In this document: one piece after another, positions 46,168 to 54,522 of the stretch
How the letters are laid out: each line of letters begins with the position of its first letter
How positions within the stretch are numbered: the first letter of the stretch is position 1
Assembly (NCBI GenBank): GCA_003345545.1
Contig: PRDH01000015.1
Span: 1 to 64,000 of the forward strand
Direction: 5' to 3'
From: Candidatus Thorarchaeota archaeon
Lineage (GTDB): Archaea; Asgardarchaeota; Thorarchaeia; Thorarchaeales; Thorarchaeaceae
Length of the DNA stretch: 64,000 bases
Notes under the pieces: model-generated
What the model was told of the DNA's origin: nothing
Databases searched by the model: none
What the model saw: only the letters and a program-made list of their open reading frames with translations
Position numbers and translations under genes: made by a program

Positions 46168-47148
46168 TTGATCATGAGGGTCCTAGTGACTGGGTCATTT
46201 GGCAACCTCGGAGAGAGCACATTATTGGCACTCTTCGAGAAGGACTATGAAATAAGATGCTTCGATCTATGTACTAATGCAAGCCAAAAGACACAAGAAA
46301 GGTTGGAGAAGAGAGGCGTCTTTGACACAATATGGGGGGATATTCTTGACATAGAAACTGTGAAATCTAGTGTCGAAGATGTTGACTGCATCATCCACCT
46401 AGTGGGAATCATGCCCCCCTTGTCTGAGAGAAGACCAGATCTTGCAAGAGCCATAAACGTTGAGGGAACTCGAAACATCATCAATGCAGCAGAAACACAG
46501 GGCAGATTACCCAAGTTCATCTTTGCAGGATCGGTATCAACATTCGGACCCACGATGCACCTCCAGCCACCACGAGCTGCAAAGGATCCATTGGTAGCCA
46601 CTGATACATACACTGAAACAAAAATCGCCTGCGAAGGGATAGTACGAGCGTGCAGTCTTCCTTGGACAATCCTGCGAATCACAGCGGCACCACCAACTGT
46701 GGTTAGTGCAGACATGAGTGCACTGATGTTCGAGATGCCACTCGACCAACGGATCGAGTTCGTACACTCTCGGGATGTTGGCCTGGCCTGTGCAAATGCA
46801 GTGGAGGCAGAAACATCTGGAAAGACACTTCTAATAGGCGGTGGAAGGTCAAACCAGATGATTCAACGGGAATTTATCTCGAGAGTAATGAAGTTGATGG
46901 GTCTGGGATTGCCCCCTGAGTCCGCATTCAAAGTGCCAAAGAGGCCCGAGGAATACTATTACACTGATTGGCTCGATACCGAAGAGTCACAGCGACTTCT
47001 GAAATATCAGACTCGAGCATTTGACCAGTATCTCGAAGAGATGAAGTCCATGCTAGGTGTCAAGAGATATGTTACCAGACTATTCAAGGGACAAGCGATG
47101 AAGCAAATACTTGCGGCCTCACCATATTACACGAAGAGCGATGACTGA
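46168..47148 (+). CDS. NAD(P)-dependent epimerase/dehydratase (extended SDR)
   Basis: VLVTGSFGNLG, GDI, INVEGT, YTETK (YxxxK). Confidence 0.88.
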   Translation: MIMRVLVTGSFGNLGESTLLALFEKDYEIRCFDLCTNASQKTQERLEKRGVFDTIWGDILDIETVKSSVEDVDCIIHLVGIMPPLSERRPDLARAINVEGTRNIINAAETQGRLPKFIFAGSVSTFGPTMHLQPPRAAKDPLVATDTYTETKIACEGIVRACSLPWTILRITAAPPTVVSADMSALMFEMPLDQRIEFVHSRDVGLACANAVEAETSGKTLLIGGGRSNQMIQREFISRVMKLMGLGLPPESAFKVPKRPEEYYYTDWLDTEESQRLLKYQTRAFDQYLEEMKSMLGVKRYVTRLFKGQAMKQILAASPYYTKSDD

Positions 47149-47216
47149 TTCTCTTTGGAGAGAGAACGAGAGATATCACACGAAATCAAAGGCACGTTCA
47201 TTCTCATGGCAAAGGA

Positions 47217-47732
47217 CTAGAAAAGCGATTGGCAAATGCTCCGTGCAATCATCTCGAAGGCCTTGTTCACATTCTTATCATCTCTGACCGAGGTTTCGAT
47301 ATAGTCCATTCCTAGTTCGCGTGCCATTCTTTGGCCTTCCTCAATAGGGATGACTCTCTCCTCCACAAGGTCTGTCTTGTTCGCCACAAGTAATGACTTG
47401 TATTCCTCCACATTTCGGTCGACTTCTTTTTTCCATTCAATCACATCATGTAGAGTTTCCCATGCAGTGACATCATAGAGGAAAATGACTCCCTGCGTGC
47501 CAATGTAGTAGTTTGCCCGTACCCTCTCAAGAAAAGCCTGAGAGCCCAGATCCCAAATCTGGAGATTCACAAGATTGTTGTCAACCTGCATCTTCTTGTA
47601 GGCAAAACCAGTTCCTAGGGTTGGAGAATAGTGTTCCCTGAAGACCCCTGTGGAGTATCGGATGATGATACTCGTCTTGCCTACTGATGCGGATCCAACG
47701 GTGACTACCTTGAGAAGATAAGTTGGACTCAT
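47217..47732 (-). CDS. Ras-superfamily (Rab-like) small GTPase
   Basis: G1 GSASVGKT, G2 YSPTLG, G3 WDLGSQ, G4 NKTD, G5 ETSV. Confidence 0.95.
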   Translation of the reverse strand: MSPTYLLKVVTVGSASVGKTSIIIRYSTGVFREHYSPTLGTGFAYKKMQVDNNLVNLQIWDLGSQAFLERVRANYYIGTQGVIFLYDVTAWETLHDVIEWKKEVDRNVEEYKSLLVANKTDLVEERVIPIEEGQRMARELGMDYIETSVRDDKNVNKAFEMIARSICQSLF

Positions 47733-47836
47733 ACTTAATCATCCCACGAATCTCAGGGACCTATTGTCGTGTAAATCAGATAACGGTTACCATGACATAT
47801 GAACTCGTCGAATGAACATACAGAGCAGCTGTAATC

Positions 47837-49438
47837 CTAGTACGTGATGGTTGTAGGGATAGATGTGATGGTCTTAGGAATAGTGATACCGAGTTGTAAT
47901 GACAGTATCAGCAGAGTCAACTTCGCGGCCGCTCCCAGTTTGGAGTACTCCAACATCAAACGCTTCAGGCTCTCATTCTTTTGCCACTTCACCCAATAAT
48001 CAGGAGGTATATCCATCAGCGGCACTCCGGATGCCGCACAGATTCTACTGATACGCTCTGTCCCATAGATGGCCTGACCCCTTGTGACAAGGGTGAAGAT
48101 CATCTCTTCTGTAGCATCATCACCTGCCGGTGTTAACGACCCGGTCTTGATTGTTCTAATCTGAGACCGACCATGGCTGCTCAGTTGCTCTAACCAGAGG
48201 GAGTACTCCTCAAATCCTCGCATATCAAATGGAGCAAACCGACTGACTATGCGTTCTCTGAAGGCATTAGTAAGGGCAATAGCAAAGGATTCAAGGTTCC
48301 TAGGGTCAAGAGCCGCCGCAAACTGTGCCAGGATTTTCATCCATTCACCAAAGAGGAGCATGAGCCTTCGGTTGTTGAGGCCTTCGAGGATTTTGATGTC
48401 GAAATCAACAGACCAATGGTTGTCTGCAAAACGAAGTTGCCCCAGGGTTTCGGGGGTCTCACTCGCATTCATAACAGAGGTCAGAGCTTTAGTGGCATCT
48501 CCTACCGGGTAGCATTCCTCAGCCACACGTAGCGATATCTCAAGAACCTCCTTTGCCAGGAGAATACGTCTCTTCTCGGGAGAGAGAGCCTCAATCACCC
48601 CAGTTTCAAGAAGATAGTCCAGCGCCCTAAGTATCTCTCGCTCATCGTATGAGGCGCCGAGCTCACCAAGTATCTCTCTGACAGTTCGTCGGCCGTCCAT
48701 CAGACCTGCAATACGGGGGATTACAACAAGCATCTCTGGATGTAGGTTGCGCAATGCTTCGGTTTCTCGAGATGTCGCCTGCACATACCGAAAGAACTCA
48801 GTCCGAGCCGAAACGAAATCATTGAAGCTCAGTGTGTTACGAAAGCGAATGACGCGATATGCCCATAACTTGGATATCTCAAGGAATAGGTCTCTCTTTG
48901 ATAGTCCACTCACTTCCAGTATCTCCTTCATGTTTCGGGATCCGTTGATTAGCGGCACGAGAGTACCACTGGACGTGACAATTGTGTTCGGGTCAACTGT
49001 GAAGTATGGTACCCATGAATCGGGAAGGTCATCAAAGGAGAGCTTCATCATCACGCTTTCGCCAAAGGGCTCCAAGTAGGCCTCTGCAAAGGACACATCA
49101 TTATCATAGAGTTGCGTTTTTGGAAGCCATTTCTGTTCAAATTCAGTCAGCAGCGAATTGAGTACACGAATGACCTCTGTGTTAAGACTCTGCACGCCAA
49201 CAGCTACCATGTGCACATTCTCGCCATTCAATACTGTAAAAACGTGAGCCCCATAATCTACGTGGAAGACAGGTGCACTCTGCTGAAACACTTCTTTTGA
49301 GAACATGTCGATGGCAGTGAAGAAGCTTGATGCGAGAATAGGATTCATACCAAAGGCACGAGGATCAAGTTGCATGTAGAAACGAGGATTGCTGTTCTTG
49401 TCTGTTATTAGGATGGCTTCAATCACGTGTCCAGGCAT
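47837..49438 (-). CDS. Longin-domain + tandem winged-helix protein (NPRL2-like architecture)
   Basis: N-terminal IEAILITDKNSNPRFY...LASSFFTAIDMFSKE (longin-like), two wHTH-like repeats (LINGSRNMKEI...; LMDGRRTVREI...), unknown helical C-terminus. Confidence 0.7.
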   Translation of the reverse strand: MPGHVIEAILITDKNSNPRFYMQLDPRAFGMNPILASSFFTAIDMFSKEVFQQSAPVFHVDYGAHVFTVLNGENVHMVAVGVQSLNTEVIRVLNSLLTEFEQKWLPKTQLYDNDVSFAEAYLEPFGESVMMKLSFDDLPDSWVPYFTVDPNTIVTSSGTLVPLINGSRNMKEILEVSGLSKRDLFLEISKLWAYRVIRFRNTLSFNDFVSARTEFFRYVQATSRETEALRNLHPEMLVVIPRIAGLMDGRRTVREILGELGASYDEREILRALDYLLETGVIEALSPEKRRILLAKEVLEISLRVAEECYPVGDATKALTSVMNASETPETLGQLRFADNHWSVDFDIKILEGLNNRRLMLLFGEWMKILAQFAAALDPRNLESFAIALTNAFRERIVSRFAPFDMRGFEEYSLWLEQLSSHGRSQIRTIKTGSLTPAGDDATEEMIFTLVTRGQAIYGTERISRICAASGVPLMDIPPDYWVKWQKNESLKRLMLEYSKLGAAAKLTLLILSLQLGITIPKTITSIPTTITY

Positions 49439-49641
49439 CTTGACGCACTATCTTTGATGATGGTAGGTTTTGATGAATATTAGCCTTCTTTGGAGAGACA
49501 ATAGGTAGGTATCTCACGACTTCATTGAGAGCGGTCAGTGCATTTTATCATGACTGACTATTCGAATATGACTCGACTCGTCGACCACATCAACAAGCCT
49601 TTTATCATATTGACAGTCGAAACTTGATGAGAGTACCCTCC

Positions 49642-50487
49642 ATGACTGAAGCAGTGCGTGTCTTGAAGCATCCGATGGCCAAGTACATTCGAACTGATAG
49701 AACTCCATTCATCTATTGCCCGGGCTGCTCTGTCGGGATTGTATCAGGCATGCTCGCAAGAGCAATTGATAATCTTGGCATCGATTTTACCAAGGTCGTA
49801 GTGGTTTCAGGCGTTGGATGTACAGGAAGAACCTCAGGGTACTTCAAGACGGGGACATACCATACAACTCATGGAAGGGCAATAGCTTTCGCAGAAGGCG
49901 TGAAAATAGCTAATCCTGAACTCAGCGTCATTGTTGTCAGTGGGGATGGGGATGTTGCAGCTATTGGCGGTAATCATCTCATTCATGCGTGTCGTAGGAA
50001 TATTGACATAACTGTCATCTGCATCAACAACTTCAATTACGGCATGACAGGAGGGCAGTTTGGCCCAACAACTGAGCACGAACGATTCTCTCAGACGAGC
50101 CCAGCTCCGATTGGCAACATAGAGCATCCATTCAACTTAGTGAAGCTAGCAGCATCATCTGGTGCGACCTTTGTGGCGAGATGGACAGCAATCCAAGTTC
50201 GAAGAGCAACAAAGTCAATGGAGAAGGCAATCAAGAGGAAGGGTTTTTCATTCGTCGAAATAATCGGAGCCTGCCCCACAGCCTATGGTAGAATGAACCG
50301 ATTGGGTGACGGTCTGGCCATGCATAAGCATCTACTGGAGGTCGCCGAGATTCAGAATGGTCTGCCACCTCATGAGGCAGAGCTTGACTATGCTCGTAGA
50401 ATTGTATGTGGTGAGTTTGTGGACATTGAAAAGCCGGAGTACACCGCTGTTCTAGAAGAAGCGCATCGTCGAGCCAAGGGTGAATGA
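49642..50487 (+). CDS. korB: 2-oxoglutarate-type oxidoreductase beta subunit
   Basis: YCPGC, SGVGC, HTTHGRA, SGDGD...IGGNH, NNFNYGMTGGQ (TPP motif). Confidence 0.9.
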   Translation: MTEAVRVLKHPMAKYIRTDRTPFIYCPGCSVGIVSGMLARAIDNLGIDFTKVVVVSGVGCTGRTSGYFKTGTYHTTHGRAIAFAEGVKIANPELSVIVVSGDGDVAAIGGNHLIHACRRNIDITVICINNFNYGMTGGQFGPTTEHERFSQTSPAPIGNIEHPFNLVKLAASSGATFVARWTAIQVRRATKSMEKAIKRKGFSFVEIIGACPTAYGRMNRLGDGLAMHKHLLEVAEIQNGLPPHEAELDYARRIVCGEFVDIEKPEYTAVLEEAHRRAKGE

Positions 50488-51049
50488 TTTGAGCAGATAC
50501 GAGATACGAATCGCAGGCTTTGGTGGTCAAGGTGTGGTCACAATGGCTGTGGTGGTCGGAGAAACCGCTGCACTGAATGACAATAAGTACGTCGTGCAGA
50601 CCCAGTCATATGGACCGGAAGCCCGTGGCGGTGCGAGCAAGAGCGAGATAGTCATCTCTGATGAAGAAATTGACTACCCAAAGGTCATGGCACCTGATGT
50701 GTTTGTGGCGTTGAGTAGAGCTGCCTACCTAGAATACATCCACGGTCTAAAAGAGGATGGAGTTCTTATCATAGATGAAGACATGGTGGGCGTGGAGGGC
50801 AAGCTTCCCAAAGGAGTGAAGGTCTACAAGATACCTGCAACAAAGATTGCAGACAAGGAAGTAGGTAACAAACAAGCGACAAATATGGTGATGCTAGGAG
50901 CCTTTACCGTCATCACGAGAGCATTGTCAATTGGGGGGCTGAGGGCCAGAATCGAAGAGAAGTGGCCGAAATTCCTCAAGACGAACATGCTCGCATTGGA
51001 ACTGGGCATAAGAGCGGGCGAAGAGGCCTTGGCCAAGAACGATGACTGA
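50480..51049 (+). CDS. korC: 2-oxoglutarate-type oxidoreductase gamma subunit
   Basis: IAGFGGQG, QSYGPEARGGASKS, NMVMLGA. Confidence 0.9.
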   Translation: MNDLSRYEIRIAGFGGQGVVTMAVVVGETAALNDNKYVVQTQSYGPEARGGASKSEIVISDEEIDYPKVMAPDVFVALSRAAYLEYIHGLKEDGVLIIDEDMVGVEGKLPKGVKVYKIPATKIADKEVGNKQATNMVMLGAFTVITRALSIGGLRARIEEKWPKFLKTNMLALELGIRAGEEALAKNDD

Positions 51050-51097
51050 GTGACACATGGGTCGCTGCTACTAAGGTATGCTTAGAAATAGGATACG

Positions 51098-51877
51098 CTA
51101 TTTATTCAGTCCCCTTATAGCAATAACAGCTGCTCCCAGAGCTCCTGTGAACTGGGGATTCTCAGGAACCCATAGTTCGGCTCCAAGTTGCTTTGATAGA
51201 TGGTGCTTGAATGCAGGATTCAGAGCCACGCCTCCCGTCAGGCAGATGGGTCGAACAATGCCAACACGCCTAGCGAGAGATGCAATCTTGGTGGCCATCG
51301 ATGCATGAAGTCCAGCCGCAATGTCCGAAGGATCCTTTCCAGCACCAATATGACAAATGACCTCACTCTCTGCAAAGACAGTACACGTACTGCTGATTGT
51401 CGCCGGTGTCTTTGACGTCAGGGCAAGAGGCCCGAGCTCACTGATGGAGATGCCAAGCACACCAGCCATCACCTCAAGGAATCTTCCAGTCCCCGCGGAG
51501 CACTTGTCGTTCAACTCGAAGTTCACAGGTCGACCTTCCGGACCGATGCGAATCACTTTTGAGTCTTGACCTCCAACATCGATTAGAAGACGCATTTCCG
51601 GATGCAGGGAGTGAACGCCCACACTGTGACATGTTATTTCGGTGACTGATTGCTCAGCATCTTCTACTTGAGTACGTCCGTAACCTGTACTTATTATTGG
51701 AATACCCTTTAGTTTCATTTTGGAGGAAACCCGTAACTCCTCCATTATTCTCTCAACAGCCTGTGAACCAGAGGATCCTGTGGGCATGATATACGAAGCG
51801 AGAGTCTTCAGAGTGGAATCCACGAGAACGCCCTTTGCAGTGGTTGAACCGATGTCAATACCGATCCCATGTTTCAT
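51098..51877 (-). CDS. 2-hydroxyacyl-CoA dehydratase activator (HgdC/HadI-like ATPase)
   Basis: GIDIGSTTAK, TGYGR, EITCH, DVGGQDSK, NDKCSAGTGRFL, CTVFAESE, GGVALN. Start ATG 51877. Confidence 0.92.
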   Translation of the reverse strand: MKHGIGIDIGSTTAKGVLVDSTLKTLASYIMPTGSSGSQAVERIMEELRVSSKMKLKGIPIISTGYGRTQVEDAEQSVTEITCHSVGVHSLHPEMRLLIDVGGQDSKVIRIGPEGRPVNFELNDKCSAGTGRFLEVMAGVLGISISELGPLALTSKTPATISSTCTVFAESEVICHIGAGKDPSDIAAGLHASMATKIASLARRVGIVRPICLTGGVALNPAFKHHLSKQLGAELWVPENPQFTGALGAAVIAIRGLNK

Positions 51878-51890
51878 CACAGTCAGTACC

Positions 51891-53108
51891 TCAGAGGAAC
51901 ATCTCAAGAAGCGCATCTACTCGCGTCTGTATCTGAGCCTCGTTATATAATCTCGAATCCACCATGTCACCCTCTATTACAACTCCCGGAACCCCGGTCC
52001 GTTCGCTGACGATCTCTTTCGAAACTAGCTGACCAAGGGAGTAGCGTTTGCATGATCGCACAGAGAACATGATGAAGCCATCAAGGTCATAGTCCTCAAT
52101 CAGCTGACACATCTTGTCTATCTTTGCCTCAAGTCCCTTGTTAAGGTACGAATTGGAATATATGCTCACGACGCTCCCATACAGATCATCTGTTTCAATG
52201 GCTCCAGACCATGCATGCGTGTAGGTATCAGCCGGAAAGACCACACCTCTCTTTGCCAGACCATTAAAGAACCTGAAAATGGAATGCCATGGCGGAATAT
52301 TGTCCCAGAGTAGACGTATCTTCTCATCGCGGATTGCACCTATGCCTTCTTTCACTCTCGAGTTCACTTCATCTAAGAGAGTCTGATAGAAGTCGATGAT
52401 GATATCAGTACCTCTCATGGAAACCACAGGCGCCATCGTCAAGAAGCGATCAGCGCAGTTCAGCGGCGATGGTCGATTCTTGCATGCAGCCAAGGATTGA
52501 TTATAGAGTTTGATAGCTCTACTGGAAAGGTCAGCAACCTCGCGCATTCTCTTCTCTGTAAGGGTGGTGTGAAAGGTCGTCCCAAGAAAATCCACAAGCC
52601 GGTCAATCCCCTTTCTCACATACTCTTTGTGATGCTCAGGTTGTTCGCCTTCAATCGGTGGTGTGTCCAAGAGAAACACGGGTGCGCCGGTCTGCTCTGA
52701 TACTGCATCGTACCATCTGAGGACAGTGCCACAGATGTTGTTACAAGCAAGAAGTGCCTGGGGAACTGGTAGTCCATCCATTGGGCTAGCATTCGGCTTC
52801 TCTACTGAACCTATACTTGCTCGTGCATAAGAGCACAACTCCTGCGAGTATCCTATCTCTTCAGCATAGCCACACACTTCTGGACCTACCTTCTGAGACC
52901 CTACGACAGCTCCATACTGCTCAGGATAACTCACACCAACGCCCATTGCTACAGGAATCTCTACAGGGAATCCCGAGGTCACCCATGCAAGACGCTTTTC
53001 TTCACTGGCCTGTTGACCCTCTAGCATGTACTGGAACATAATCTGTTGGAGTAGTGAATTTGATTCAAGCTGGCGATAGGCTTTATCTTCTTTCTTTGTC
53101 TCTGTCAA
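51891..53108 (-). CDS. 2-hydroxyacyl-CoA dehydratase subunit (HadB/FldB/HgdA-like)
   Basis: AWVTSGFPVE, YPE, GYSQELCSYAR, CNNICG, SCK, EGDMVD. Start probably TTG 53108 behind GAGGTG. Confidence 0.88.
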   Translation of the reverse strand: MTETKKEDKAYRQLESNSLLQQIMFQYMLEGQQASEEKRLAWVTSGFPVEIPVAMGVGVSYPEQYGAVVGSQKVGPEVCGYAEEIGYSQELCSYARASIGSVEKPNASPMDGLPVPQALLACNNICGTVLRWYDAVSEQTGAPVFLLDTPPIEGEQPEHHKEYVRKGIDRLVDFLGTTFHTTLTEKRMREVADLSSRAIKLYNQSLAACKNRPSPLNCADRFLTMAPVVSMRGTDIIIDFYQTLLDEVNSRVKEGIGAIRDEKIRLLWDNIPPWHSIFRFFNGLAKRGVVFPADTYTHAWSGAIETDDLYGSVVSIYSNSYLNKGLEAKIDKMCQLIEDYDLDGFIMFSVRSCKRYSLGQLVSKEIVSERTGVPGVVIEGDMVDSRLYNEAQIQTRVDALLEMFL

Positions 53109-53118
53109 TATGCTCACC

Positions 53119-54366
53119 TCACGTTTTACCAAAGGACTCCAAGAAACTCTGAATTCTCACTTCTATGCGAGATCTATCAGACAGTTCTGGATCAATAGGG
53201 ATTCTCACCGTTCGCACTCCTTGCCGGGAAGCTGCTCTCTCGATCGAGGGAGCCTCGAATTCGTCAGGATCACAGAAGGACTGCTCAAATACCATCAAAC
53301 CATCAACTTCCAGTGGTCCGAGAAGCCCTTCAAGATAGCTCATCCGATGACCAAGGCCTTCCTGGGTTGGTTCTCCCGGAGCTGATAAGATAGACTTCGC
53401 CATTTCTTCAAAGGGGTCACCTTCCACATCCAAGGGCGGAGTAAACGCCGTCTTGAAACCAAAGGAGAGAAGATCGAGAATAAGTATTGAATCAATGAAT
53501 CCGCGGACACCAGTGATGATATTAGCAATTGCTTGGGGCTCCACCATACCACCAGCAACGGCAATCCTTGGTCTGTGTGATGATTTGAGTTTCTTGATCT
53601 GGGAGAAGTGTCCAGTCTTGAATGCCTTGAGAATGGATGTGACAACGCTAGAGAGTGCCATTTTCTTAATTCTATTATGAACCAGTGATGTAGTGTTATG
53701 TAGCTCCAATCCGACTGCAGGGAGTGGCGTCGTAAGAAAGGCTCGCATCAGACGACAGAGTTCGGTATAGGACAGCACTGCTGGTTCTGCAACTCTTGCA
53801 CTGTATAGATACTGCGCATCTTCGCGAAATTGACCGACAAGTGAAACAGCACGTTGATAGTTCTCTGATAGAAATGGACGATCTAGCGATTCCTCAATTC
53901 CATCACTCAACAGCTGAAGCTCCTTTGCTAGGTATCTCACAATAGAACCATCTTTGACATGCCTCGTAGCAGGATATGTCAGTCGGAAGACCACATCATC
54001 AGGGAAACGAAAGCGCCACACGTCTGAAAGATTGTGAAGAGAATCACAGGTGTTGCTTGGAAAGATAAGACCAGCGATAGATGGCATCTGATCGTTAGTC
54101 CTCTGGCTGTACAGATTCCTGACATAAGAACAGGCGAATGTCTGCAGACTCTCTTCAAATCCGCCGGATACTCCCGGCAGACCTCGCAGGAGGGACGGTG
54201 TCAGACCATGAGCAAGTATCAATTCAAGTGGTGTATGGGGATAGATGTAACCTATGACCTCCTCTCCGGCCTTGAGAAGCTGCCGCAGGCCAGCACTAGA
54301 CTGTTCAAGTATTCCTTCGTAACTCAATATTGCTCCCTCGCACAACTGCAGGGTAGTAATAGTCAA
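53119..54366 (-). CDS. 2-hydroxyacyl-CoA dehydratase subunit (HadC/FldC/HgdB-like)
   Basis: PLELILAHG, LQTFACS, TCDSL, FCDPDEFE, RIQSFLE. Confidence 0.85.
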   Translation of the reverse strand: MTITTLQLCEGAILSYEGILEQSSAGLRQLLKAGEEVIGYIYPHTPLELILAHGLTPSLLRGLPGVSGGFEESLQTFACSYVRNLYSQRTNDQMPSIAGLIFPSNTCDSLHNLSDVWRFRFPDDVVFRLTYPATRHVKDGSIVRYLAKELQLLSDGIEESLDRPFLSENYQRAVSLVGQFREDAQYLYSARVAEPAVLSYTELCRLMRAFLTTPLPAVGLELHNTTSLVHNRIKKMALSSVVTSILKAFKTGHFSQIKKLKSSHRPRIAVAGGMVEPQAIANIITGVRGFIDSILILDLLSFGFKTAFTPPLDVEGDPFEEMAKSILSAPGEPTQEGLGHRMSYLEGLLGPLEVDGLMVFEQSFCDPDEFEAPSIERAASRQGVRTVRIPIDPELSDRSRIEVRIQSFLESFGKT

Positions 54367-54522
54367 TCTCTAGCACCATCCATCTTATTTGTTATGCTAC
54401 GGCAAAGAATCTCTGTCAGTAGAAGGAAATATGAGGAGCTAATGTTATGCTGAATGACCAGACTTCAACTGAACTTGACTACGATGACTCGTATCAAGTA
54501 TCAATATAGAGAGGAGAATAAC

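Noticed and set aside
47217-47234. C-terminal CQSLF of the GTPase as a prenylation signal
   Set aside because: The Cys is fifth from the end, within the last helix, with no hypervariable linker; it is not CAAX, CC or CxC.
49548-49596. Short (T/C)GACT repeats upstream of korB
   Set aside because: Only 4-5 bp units with irregular spacing; not distinguishable from chance.
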